Assembly: GCA_902633975.1 (NCBI GenBank)
Contig: CACPHX010000003.1
Coordinates: 15,373-79,372, forward strand
Length of the DNA stretch: 64,000 bases
Source of the DNA: an uncultured Marinoscillum sp.
Lineage (GTDB): Bacteria; Bacteroidota; Bacteroidia; Cytophagales; MED-G16
Direction of reading: 5' to 3'
Part shown: in pieces, positions 1 to 8,525 of the stretch
Position numbering within the stretch: position 1 is the stretch's first letter
Layout of the letters: every line of letters begins with the position of its first letter
Position numbers and translations under genes: made by a program
The notes under the pieces: model-generated
What the model was told of the DNA's origin: nothing
Seen by the model: the letters and a program-made list of their open reading frames with translations, nothing else
The model's database searches: none

Positions 1-38
1 TAATCTATTGGTCCTAGGTTCGAGTCCTAGAGAAGGCG
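1..38 (+). tRNA. tRNA 3' fragment, truncated by the window edge; identity undetermined
   Basis: T-arm CTAGG-TTCGAGT-CCTAG at 14-30, acceptor 3' strand AGAAGGC at 31-37, discriminator G38. A TGGTC variable loop lies at 9-13. Only the last anticodon base (T at position 1) is inside the window. Confidence 0.6.
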
Positions 39-100
39 CTTCTAATTTTATATCTCTTTCTTCATTTATTTTAATTCTTTATTTATTTTGGTATGCCATT

Positions 101-1028
101 ATGATCCAGATTTATAAACTGATAGCTATAATTTTACCTTTCCTTCTTCAATCACAAGAAATTGAAAAAAATTATGTTCAAGACCTACCAATAGATGGGT
201 TCTCATTGGAAATGGTTTATATACCTAATGGTAGTTTTGATATGGGAAAAGATTCTACAAAATCTATGGATTATTCGCCTTCCAAAAAAAATTGAAGTAT
301 CACCATTTTGGATTTCAAAGTATGAAATTACATGGGATATATATCAATTATTTATGGATCAGACAAATTTTGATGAAAAAGAAAATTTTGAAAGGGCTGA
401 TTTCATAGATGAGATAGATGGTATATCAGGACCTACAACTCCATACGTAGATATGAGTTTTGGAATGGGTAAAAAAGATTTTCCAGCAGTTAATATGACT
501 CATTATGCTGCGTCCAAGTTTTGTGAATGGCTTTCATCTAAGACTGGTTATTATTATAGATTACCCACCGAAGCAGAATGGGAATATGCATGTTCTGAGG
601 ACATGGATAATTTAATTATCAATGATTACTCATGGAATAGTTCTAACTCGGAAGGAAAATACCAGAAAGTAGGACAAAAAAAACCAAACAGTTTTGGACT
701 TCATGATATGCTAGGAAATGTTGCAGAGTGGACTGCAGACGTTTACGAGAAAAAAACATACAAGAAAAGGAAAAAAAAAAATCCGTTTAAATCTGGAGAT
801 AGTAAGTACCCAAGGGTAATAAGGGGTGGATCGTGGACAGATAATCCATCAAATTTAAAGAGTTATTATAGAGATTTTTCAACTAAAGACTTACAGAAAC
901 GAGACCCTCAGATACCTAAAAGTCTTTGGTGGAATACTGATGCTCCCAACATTGGTTTTAGAATATTAAGACCACTAAATAATGAATCTGAGAAGTTGAA
1001 AAGGATGTTTTGGAATTATTCGGATTAA
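101..1028 (+). pseudogene. Formylglycine-generating enzyme (SUMF1/FGE-sulfatase domain) family protein, split by a 1-nt frameshift in an A8 run
   Basis: The N-terminal piece (frame of 8..295, ATG at 101) has a signal peptide plus EMVYIPNGSFDMGK and stops at 293-295. The second frame continues with IEVSPFWISKYEIT, GLHDMLGNVAEW and RVIRGGSW. One A fewer in the run at 284-291 fuses the two frames. Confidence 0.7.
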
Positions 1029-1058
1029 ATTCTAAATTAAAAATATAAACTAACTAGT

Positions 1059-2369
1059 ATGAATAAAGAATCAAGAAGAAATTTTGTAAAAAAAACAGCT
1101 GTTTTATCAACAGCAACTCTAGCTACAACACTTCCAGTTGACGCATTTGCTAATGTTACTGAGAATAAAAAATTAAAAATATCACTTGTAGGATGTGGTG
1201 GCAGAGGATCTGGTGCAATAGTACAGGCAATGGAGGCGGATGATAATGTTGAGATAATTTCTATGGCAGATGTATTTTCTGATAGAATTGAGAAAAGTCT
1301 TAAGGGTATAAAAGAGCATTTTGGAAATAAGAAAAAAATAAATTTAAAAGAGAAAAATATTTTTGTCGGCTTTGATTCATACAAGAAGGCTATAGATTTA
1401 TGTGATGTGGTTATTCTTGCAACCCCACCAGGCTTTAGGCCCCTACATTTCGAGTATGCAGTAGATAATGGAAAACATGTTTTCATGGAAAAACCACTTG
1501 CTACAGATGCCACAGGTGTAAGAAGAGTTTTAAAATCGGCACAAAAAGCAAAAGAACAAAGACTAAATATTGTAGTAGGTTTACAAAGACATTATCAGAA
1601 TAAATACCTAGACTTATACGAAAAAGTAAAATCTGGTGCAATAGGTAAAATAGTATCAGGTCAAGTTTACTGGAACGACGGAGGAGTTTGGACAAACAAC
1701 AGGAAAGCTAACCAGTCAGAGCTTGAGTATCAGATGAGAAACTGGTATTATTTTAACTGGATTTGTGGAGATCATATCCTTGAGCAACATATACATAACA
1801 TTGATGTTGCCAACTGGTTCATTGGTGATTATCCAAAAAGTGCACAAGGTATGGGAGGACGAGAGGTGAGAAACGGAAAAGATCACGGTCATATATACGA
1901 TCATCATTTTGTTGAATTCACCTATCCTTCTGGACAGGTTATTTCAAGCCAGTGTCGACACCAGAAAGGAACTGAAAGTAGGGTAGATGAGGTATTCCAG
2001 GGCTCAAGAGGAACAGTCACATTGGGAAATGGTGAAATATCATCACTCGATGGGAGTTCAATTTATAAATATCCTATTTCTTCATCTAAAGATGCAAACC
2101 CCTACCAGGTCGAACACGATAAATTGTTTGCATCTATTAGAGAGGGAGGAGAAATAAATGATGCATTTAATGGAGCAAAAAGTACACTTGCTGCAATTAT
2201 GGGTAGGATGGCGACATATACAGGTCAAAAAATAACTTGGGATCAGATTATGAACTCTAAAGAAGATCTTGTCCCTGACAATTTGGATTGGAATTCGCCA
2301 CCTCCGATAATGCCAAATGGAGATGGAAGATATGATGTGCCAATACCTGGAATAACAAAATTTATTTAA
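1059..2369 (+). CDS. Tat-exported Gfo/Idh/MocA family oxidoreductase
   Basis: Twin-arginine N-terminus SRRNFVKKTAVLSTATLA. Rossmann motif VGCGGRGSG. Gfo/Idh/MocA-like length and C-terminal domain. Confidence 0.85.
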   Translation: MNKESRRNFVKKTAVLSTATLATTLPVDAFANVTENKKLKISLVGCGGRGSGAIVQAMEADDNVEIISMADVFSDRIEKSLKGIKEHFGNKKKINLKEKNIFVGFDSYKKAIDLCDVVILATPPGFRPLHFEYAVDNGKHVFMEKPLATDATGVRRVLKSAQKAKEQRLNIVVGLQRHYQNKYLDLYEKVKSGAIGKIVSGQVYWNDGGVWTNNRKANQSELEYQMRNWYYFNWICGDHILEQHIHNIDVANWFIGDYPKSAQGMGGREVRNGKDHGHIYDHHFVEFTYPSGQVISSQCRHQKGTESRVDEVFQGSRGTVTLGNGEISSLDGSSIYKYPISSSKDANPYQVEHDKLFASIREGGEINDAFNGAKSTLAAIMGRMATYTGQKITWDQIMNSKEDLVPDNLDWNSPPPIMPNGDGRYDVPIPGITKFI

Positions 2370-2378
2370 ATCTTTTAT

Positions 2379-3284
2379 ATGGATAGAAGACCTTTCGTTA
2401 AGAAATTATCATTTGGAGCTTCTCTTGCTCTTATATCTTCGAATAAACTTTTTTCTAGTATTTATGAAAATGAGAAATTTAAATTAAACTATGCTCCTCA
2501 TCTTGGAATGTTTGAAAACTCTGCAGGTAAAGATGAAGCTGATCAAATTAGTTTTATGTCTCAAATGGGTTTTGCTGCATTTGAGGATAATTCAATGAAA
2601 AGTAGAAGCTTAAGTACTCAAAATAAGATTTCAAAAGCACTTGAGAGCAACAATATGTCGATGGGAGTATTTGTTGCACATAAAATTTATTGGGATAAAC
2701 CTAATTTAACGAGTGGTGATTCTAGTTTCAGGGAAGAATTCCTCAAAGATATCAAAGAGTCTGTGGATGTCGCCAAAAGGGTTAATGCAAAGTGGATGAC
2801 AGTTGTTCCTGGTTTATTAGATCAGAGAAAAAACATATCATATCAGACATCAAATGTAATTGAAACTCTTAAAAGAGCATCAGATATCCTAGAACCACAC
2901 GGATTAGTTATGGTACTTGAACCTTTGAACTTTCGTGACCACCCTGGTCTTTTTCTAAGTAGAAGCCCTCAGGCATATCAGATATGTAAATCAGTTGACT
3001 CGCCATCATGTAAAATTTTATTTGATATATACCATCAGCAAATACAAGAAGGAAATTTAATACCGAATATTGAGAGTTGTTGGGATGAAATTGGTTATTT
3101 CCAGATAGGAGATAATCCAGGAAGGAAAGAACCTCTTACAGGAGAGATAAATTATAACAACATATTCAAATTTATTAAAGAGAAAAACTTCGATGGAATC
3201 TTAGGTATGGAGCATGGTAAATCTTTATCAGGAATAAAAGGAGAAAAAGCACTAATTGATGCCTACAGAAGGGTTGACTCTTAA
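2379..3284 (+). CDS. Exported sugar phosphate isomerase/epimerase (xylose-isomerase-like TIM barrel, hydroxypyruvate-isomerase-like)
   Basis: N-terminal DRRPFVKKLSFGASLAL signal. Motifs LEPLNFRDHPG, FDIYHQQIQEG and FQIGDNPGRKEP are typical of the Hyi-like TIM-barrel family. Confidence 0.8.
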   Translation: MDRRPFVKKLSFGASLALISSNKLFSSIYENEKFKLNYAPHLGMFENSAGKDEADQISFMSQMGFAAFEDNSMKSRSLSTQNKISKALESNNMSMGVFVAHKIYWDKPNLTSGDSSFREEFLKDIKESVDVAKRVNAKWMTVVPGLLDQRKNISYQTSNVIETLKRASDILEPHGLVMVLEPLNFRDHPGLFLSRSPQAYQICKSVDSPSCKILFDIYHQQIQEGNLIPNIESCWDEIGYFQIGDNPGRKEPLTGEINYNNIFKFIKEKNFDGILGMEHGKSLSGIKGEKALIDAYRRVDS

Positions 3285-3286
3285 CT

Positions 3287-4618
3287 TTAATTTCCTAAGT
3301 GTACTCTTTGATCACCTATAAGAATTAGTTTTGTTTGTCTTCCATTAACATATCTGAAACCAGTTTCTTCAAAAGTTCCAGCTTCCTCTAACATAACTCT
3401 AATTTCTTTATTCCATTCCTCAATAAATACCTTAGTATTTAGCTCAATTGCATAAACAGTGTTGTAGTTCATTGGAAAATCACCATTAAAAGGTACACCA
3501 CCTTGAGAATCCCACATCCCAATAGTTGTTCCTGCTGAGTGGCCATAAGTTCCAAGTGGGTGGGTATATATTTGAGGTTTATATCCCTTTTCTTTTCCAA
3601 TTCTAAGAGTCTCACTTAAAATTTCGTTACCGGTTTTTCCTTTTTCAAATAATCCAGTCATTATATCTTGAACTTCGTTGCCCTCAATTAGTGCATCTTC
3701 TAGATATTTTGGGGCTTTTGTTTCGTTAGGTTTTAATACATATGCAAGCTCTTGGCAGTCAGTATTTAATGTTAAATATGTAATTCCAAAATCACAATGG
3801 ACAAGGTCTCCAGGCATTATAATATCGAATTTTGATTTTCCATCAAAAGCATAGAGATCACTTACATCATTTCTTTGTACATCAATAGTTGGATGAAACC
3901 ATGTCTTCAAACCTAACTCGTTAACCCTCTCTCTCATCCACCAAACAACATCGTTAGTTGTTGTGACACCCGGGGTTATAACTTTTGTTGAAAAAGCATC
4001 TCTTATTATTCCGTGGGTGATCTCAACAAGTTGATCATAGATAATCATCTCTTTTTCTGTCCTAGTCTCTATCCATCTAATTCCAAGTTCCTCAGCTGAG
4101 ACAACTCTCTTTGCCATTTTATTTGATATGCTACTCATGAATAATTCATAGTCAGTTTTTACAATTCCATCAGAAAGTGCAAAGTGTTCAGAATAATTTA
4201 ATCCAATTTTTTCTGGATCTTTACTTTCGATAAATTTAGATAATGCTGCCATTTGATTAGGTTCCTCATCTTTGTTCCATATTGATGGTATGTTTTCACC
4301 AAAATTATATCTTGCAATCGCAACTTTTTCTACTTTATTTTCATCTTTATTGTGGTAAAATGCTATTATGGTTCTTCTTCTAGCGTTAAGCCAGGTAGGA
4401 GGTAGTAGTGTTTTGATAATAGGATCTTCATTATATTCTCTTGTTATAAGAACCCACATATCAATTCCTGTCTCATCCATTAGTTTAGGTAGCAGATTAT
4501 CTAATCTGTCTTTTTGAATTTCACTAATTACTCTTGCTCTCTCTTTTAGGCCAAGTATACTCTGTGATTGAATTTGGTTTGACAATATGACTAATAGGAT
4601 TATATTAATTAACTTCAT
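3287..4618 (-). CDS. Exported M24 family metallopeptidase (Xaa-Pro aminopeptidase-like)
   Basis: Signal peptide. Pita-bread fold motifs HCDFGITY and HPLGTYGHSAGTTIG. C-terminal EEAG segment. Confidence 0.75.
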   Translation of the reverse strand: MKLINIILLVILSNQIQSQSILGLKERARVISEIQKDRLDNLLPKLMDETGIDMWVLITREYNEDPIIKTLLPPTWLNARRRTIIAFYHNKDENKVEKVAIARYNFGENIPSIWNKDEEPNQMAALSKFIESKDPEKIGLNYSEHFALSDGIVKTDYELFMSSISNKMAKRVVSAEELGIRWIETRTEKEMIIYDQLVEITHGIIRDAFSTKVITPGVTTTNDVVWWMRERVNELGLKTWFHPTIDVQRNDVSDLYAFDGKSKFDIIMPGDLVHCDFGITYLTLNTDCQELAYVLKPNETKAPKYLEDALIEGNEVQDIMTGLFEKGKTGNEILSETLRIGKEKGYKPQIYTHPLGTYGHSAGTTIGMWDSQGGVPFNGDFPMNYNTVYAIELNTKVFIEEWNKEIRVMLEEAGTFEETGFRYVNGRQTKLILIGDQRVHLGN

Positions 4619-4664
4619 AACATTAACTTTTCTAAAAATTATAAATTTTTATAAGCTAATCATA

Positions 4665-4922
4665 ATGAATGATAAAAAAACTAATTACTGGAATAATAAT
4701 TTAAAGTATGTCGGGATATTACTTTCAGTTTGGTTTATAGTGTCATTTGGTTTTTCAATACTACTTAAGGATTATTTGGATAGTTATTCATTTGCTGGAT
4801 TTAAACTAGGATTTTGGTTTGCTCAGCAAGGCTCAATGTACGTCTTTGTAATTATCATATTTATTTACGTGTATCTCATAAATAATCTTGATAGAGTATA
4901 TAAGAAAGAAAAAGATAATTAA
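4665..4922 (+). CDS. DUF4212 small subunit of a two-component Na+/solute symporter
   Basis: An ~85 aa two-TM protein (YWNNNLKY..., GFKLGFWFAQQGSMYVF) immediately upstream of a VC_2705-type SSF transporter. ATG at 4665 is preferred over the 4587 start, which overlaps the upstream gene. Confidence 0.8.
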   Translation: MNDKKTNYWNNNLKYVGILLSVWFIVSFGFSILLKDYLDSYSFAGFKLGFWFAQQGSMYVFVIIIFIYVYLINNLDRVYKKEKDN

Positions 4923-4924
4923 AG

Positions 4925-6595
4925 ATGGATGTACAAGCCTGGACATATATAATTGTAGGAATTACATTTTTACTTTACATAGGAATTGCGATATGGTCCA
5001 AAGCAAATTCTACAAATGAGTTTTATATTGCTGGTAAAGGCGTATCACCTTTAGCTAATGGAATGGCCACTGCTGCTGATTGGATGTCTGCAGCATCATT
5101 TCTTTCAATGGCAGGAATTATAGCATTTTCAGGATATGATGGTTCAGTTTACTTAATGGGTTGGACAGGGGGTTATGTTTTGCTCGCATTATTAGTTGCT
5201 CCTTATTTAAGAAATTTTGGAAAGTATACCGTGCCGGATTTTATAGGAGAAAGGTACTACTCAACCAATGCAAGATTAGTTGCTGTTTTTTGTGCTTTGA
5301 TAGTATCTTTTACATATGTAGCAGGTCAAATGCAAGGAGTTGGAATTGTATTTTCTAGATTTTTAGAGGTCCCTTTTGAAGTTGGTGTGTTAATTGGTAT
5401 GGTTATAGTATTATTTTATGCTGTACTTGGTGGTATGAAAGGTATTACCTACACTCAGGTTGCACAATACTGTGTTCTAATTTTTGCCTTTATGGTCCCT
5501 GCTATTTTTATATCGATCCAGATGACTGGAAATTTTATCCCCCAGCTGGGAATGGGATCTGTAATTAATGATGGTTCAGGTATATATCTTCTGGATAAAC
5601 TTGATATGCTATCAAAAGATTTGGGTTTTACAGAATACACCAAGGGATCAAAGTCAGTTATTGATGTATTTTGTATTACCATGGCACTAATGGTTGGAAC
5701 TGCAGGCTTACCTCATGTTATAGTAAGATTTTTTACTGTCAAGAAGGTTAGTGACGCCAGAAAATCTGTAGGGTTAGCATTATTATTTATAACAATTTTA
5801 TATACAACTGCACCAGCAGTATCTGTATTTTCAAAAGTTAATCTAATCGAAACAGTTTGTAATAAGGAGTATGTGATGATGCCCGAATGGTTTAAGAATT
5901 GGGAAAATACAGGTCTGATAAAGTTTAATGATAAAAATAATGATGGTATAATAAATTATATAAACTCTTCTGAGAATGAACTTTATATTAACAACGATAT
6001 TATGGTTTTAGCAAACCCTGAAATTGCAAATCTACCAGCTTGGGTTATAGCTCTAGTTGCAGCTGGAGGTCTAGCTGCTGCATTATCAACTGCTGCAGGT
6101 TTGTTACTTGTTATATCAACAGCTGTATCTAATGATTTAATAAAGAAAATTTTGTATCCATCTATATCGCAAAAAAATGAACTTATCATAGCTAGATTAT
6201 CAGCAACATTTGCTGTTCTGGTGGCCGGTTATTTTGCTTACAATCCTCCTGATTTTGTTGCCGCTGTTGTTGCTTTGGCTTTTGGTTTAGCTGCCGCATC
6301 AATATTTCCTGCTATCATTCTTGGAATATTTTTTAGAAGAGTAAATAAGGAGGGCGCTATAAGTGGAATGCTTGTTGGAATATCTGTAATGTTATTCTAC
6401 ATGATGAAATTTAAACTAGGTTGGTTGGGTGATATTCCACCAAAGTCTGAGTGGTGGTTTGGTATTTCTCCAGAAGGATTTGGATCAGTTGCAATGTTGT
6501 GCAATTTTGTAACATCAATAACAGTGTCGATGGTATTTAAAAAACCACCTAAGCATGTGGCTGAGTTAATTGATAGCATCAGATATCCAAAGTAA
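4925..6595 (+). CDS. Sodium:solute symporter family transporter (ActP/VC_2705-like large subunit)
   Basis: 556 aa polytopic protein. SSF motifs FYIAGKGVSP, AADWMSAASFLSMAG and GLPHVIVRFFT. Paired with DUF4212. Confidence 0.85.
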   Translation: MDVQAWTYIIVGITFLLYIGIAIWSKANSTNEFYIAGKGVSPLANGMATAADWMSAASFLSMAGIIAFSGYDGSVYLMGWTGGYVLLALLVAPYLRNFGKYTVPDFIGERYYSTNARLVAVFCALIVSFTYVAGQMQGVGIVFSRFLEVPFEVGVLIGMVIVLFYAVLGGMKGITYTQVAQYCVLIFAFMVPAIFISIQMTGNFIPQLGMGSVINDGSGIYLLDKLDMLSKDLGFTEYTKGSKSVIDVFCITMALMVGTAGLPHVIVRFFTVKKVSDARKSVGLALLFITILYTTAPAVSVFSKVNLIETVCNKEYVMMPEWFKNWENTGLIKFNDKNNDGIINYINSSENELYINNDIMVLANPEIANLPAWVIALVAAGGLAAALSTAAGLLLVISTAVSNDLIKKILYPSISQKNELIIARLSATFAVLVAGYFAYNPPDFVAAVVALAFGLAAASIFPAIILGIFFRRVNKEGAISGMLVGISVMLFYMMKFKLGWLGDIPPKSEWWFGISPEGFGSVAMLCNFVTSITVSMVFKKPPKHVAELIDSIRYPK

Positions 6596-7195
6596 CTAAA
6601 AACGATAGAAATATTTTTCCTCTATTGACTTCCATAACAAAAGTGAAGCTATCGTATTGTATGGTTTCCAACTCAATATTAGTTTATCTAGTTTTTTGTT
6701 TGAAAGGTCTTTGATACCATAATTTATTTTAATACTATTAATAAGTGCCAAGTCCTTTTTTGAGAAAATATCTTGTCTAAATAAAATAAATATAAGGAAC
6801 ATCTCTGCTGTCCAGCTACCAATACCTTTAATTTCACATAATATTTTTATTGTTTCTTCGTCAGTCAATTTTTGAAAGTCAAATTCGTTTGATTCAAAAA
6901 ATTTATATACATTTTTTATGTATTCAACCTTTCTTGAAGAAATACCAATTAATCTAATTTTCTCGTCCGGTATATCCAGGAGATTATCACTATTGGTTAG
7001 GAGAACATTAAATTTTTTCTTAATTGTTATAGCAGCCTTGAAACTAATTTGTTGTTCAATTATTAAGTCTGAAATTGCTTTAGCATAATCATTGTTATAT
7101 CTATCTGTGATATCAATTTCGTTTTTAAATCTTTTAATTAAAAAACTCATGACTTGATCATTTTTTAAAACTTTAAATGCATCAGAGTAATCCAT
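6596..7195 (-). CDS. alkA: DNA-3-methyladenine glycosylase II-like HhH-GPD base-excision enzyme
   Basis: HhH-GPD signature IKGIGSWTAEMFLIFILFRQDIF; size about 200 aa. Confidence 0.75.
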   Translation of the reverse strand: MDYSDAFKVLKNDQVMSFLIKRFKNEIDITDRYNNDYAKAISDLIIEQQISFKAAITIKKKFNVLLTNSDNLLDIPDEKIRLIGISSRKVEYIKNVYKFFESNEFDFQKLTDEETIKILCEIKGIGSWTAEMFLIFILFRQDIFSKKDLALINSIKINYGIKDLSNKKLDKLILSWKPYNTIASLLLWKSIEEKYFYRF

Positions 7196-7202
7196 ATGAA
7201 TT

Positions 7203-7940
7203 TTAAATCGAATCTAGAAGGTATTTTGTTTCATTCTTGAAACTTTCTACTTGTATAATATGATAATTTTCTAGGTGAGGATGTAGAATTAATAGGTTCA
7301 TGCTTGAAACCTTTTTGTCGTATTTAGATTCCAGAATGTTCTTATATATATTTTGTTGTAAGCAATATTTTACGTAGTCACTTGAGGGTAGATGACTTAA
7401 TCCGTTGAGCCCATTTTCAAATGGATTATTTTTTTCTATTGATCCATCAGAGTTGATTATTTTTTTGCTTCTTTTCCAATCAAAAATGAATAGTTCACCG
7501 TTTTCTTTTTCGTACACCATATCCACAGTACCTGCAAGGTTTTTATCTTCATCAAATATTCTCCACTCTGTCCTGTGGGGCTGGTATTTATCTTGTATAT
7601 GATTTTTATGGAATTTGAAAAATTTATCTATTTCTTTTGATCTAATATATTCTTTTGAATTATAAAAATTTTCAATTTGTTCGTGTAATTCTGTTCCAAG
7701 ATCTCTTGCTTTCTTTCCAAGTTCATCCCATTTTTTTAATATTTCATTTTTGGGTTTTCCGGTTTTAATACTTTCTTTATTTGCCCAAAACTCTTTATCA
7801 AATTTTGGAAAATATCTACCAATAAGTTCAGTTACTGAAACTGCTTTATTTTTTTTGTCGATTAGATAGGTATGATCTGAATCACTAAACTGAATTCTTT
7901 CATCTCTTTCGTAATGATTTTTTGATGATAATAAATCCAT
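7203..7940 (-). CDS. PD-(D/E)XK superfamily nuclease (RecB/Cas4/MGME1-like core)
   Basis: Ordered motifs GTELHEQIE, TEWRIF, GTVDMVY, FDWKRSKK (D-x-K) and QQNIY (QxxxY). Confidence 0.65.
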   Translation of the reverse strand: MDLLSSKNHYERDERIQFSDSDHTYLIDKKNKAVSVTELIGRYFPKFDKEFWANKESIKTGKPKNEILKKWDELGKKARDLGTELHEQIENFYNSKEYIRSKEIDKFFKFHKNHIQDKYQPHRTEWRIFDEDKNLAGTVDMVYEKENGELFIFDWKRSKKIINSDGSIEKNNPFENGLNGLSHLPSSDYVKYCLQQNIYKNILESKYDKKVSSMNLLILHPHLENYHIIQVESFKNETKYLLDSI

Positions 7941-8017
7941 TTTTTTAATATAGATGATAAACGTTAATTAATTCAAAAAAAACTATATTTAATTTTTCAA
8001 CCAAACATTTAAGATTT

Positions 8018-8464
8018 ATGGAAGTAAATGAATTATTAATACCAATTATTGCAGGTGGAATTTGCCTTGCAATTAGTATTTATGGTCTAGCTGTAGCAAA
8101 AGATAGATTTTTTGCTTTAGGAGGCCTTTTTCTGTACTCATTTATACCTATTATTCACAGAGTAGGTTTATTATTAGAGGATCCACAGGATTATTTTAGC
8201 TTTGTCTCTATTGTTATATTTATTGTTCAGGCTATACTGGCAAGTCCTTTTGGTGGATTTCTTAGTCCAAATAAAGATTCAGTTCAAAAAACCTGGTCTT
8301 TAAAGGTCCAATCATCCATTTTAGTTATCAATGCTTCTTTTGCATACCTTATACTTACAAATCCACTACTACCAACAGTAATTGGAGTATATCATGCTAT
8401 ATATTCATTGATGATGTTAGTTGCAATCTCTAAGACTCTGGCTGGAAATATGGATATGAAATAA
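8018..8464 (+). CDS. Hypothetical integral membrane protein (4-5 TM)
   Basis: Hydrophobic segments throughout. A hairpin terminator follows the gene. No recognisable family. Confidence 0.5.
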   Translation: MEVNELLIPIIAGGICLAISIYGLAVAKDRFFALGGLFLYSFIPIIHRVGLLLEDPQDYFSFVSIVIFIVQAILASPFGGFLSPNKDSVQKTWSLKVQSSILVINASFAYLILTNPLLPTVIGVYHAIYSLMMLVAISKTLAGNMDMK

Positions 8465-8489
8465 TTTATTTGAAAATTATTGTTAAATT

Positions 8490-8519
8490 AAGGCCAATAA
8501 ATGTTTGGCCTTTTTTTTT
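8490..8519 (+). terminator. Rho-independent terminator hairpin
   Basis: AAGGCCAA (8490-8497), 7-nt loop, TTGGCCTT (8505-8512), and a T-run that continues to 8519. It lies directly after the 8018-8464 gene. Confidence 0.75.
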
Positions 8520-8525
8520 AATATC

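Noticed and set aside
1037-1513. A 158-aa ORF antisense to the Gfo/Idh/MocA gene. Similar long antisense ORFs lie at 10866-11303 and 46064-46465.
   Set aside because: Each lies entirely inside a well-supported gene on the opposite strand. Their composition is low-complexity and S/F/I/K-rich, with no recognisable motifs. They are typical shadow ORFs of AT-rich coding sequence.
4587-4664. The N-terminal extension of the DUF4212 ORF, which overlaps the M24 peptidase start.
   Set aside because: The extension is not part of the conserved ~85-aa family architecture. It also overlaps the divergent gene's 5' end. The ATG at 4665 is the better fit.
8505-8525. The upstream start (MAFFFNI...) offered by the ORF track for the S10 peptidase.
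   Set aside because: These codons form the 3' half of the terminator hairpin and its T-tract. The ATG at 8526 gives a canonical signal peptide.
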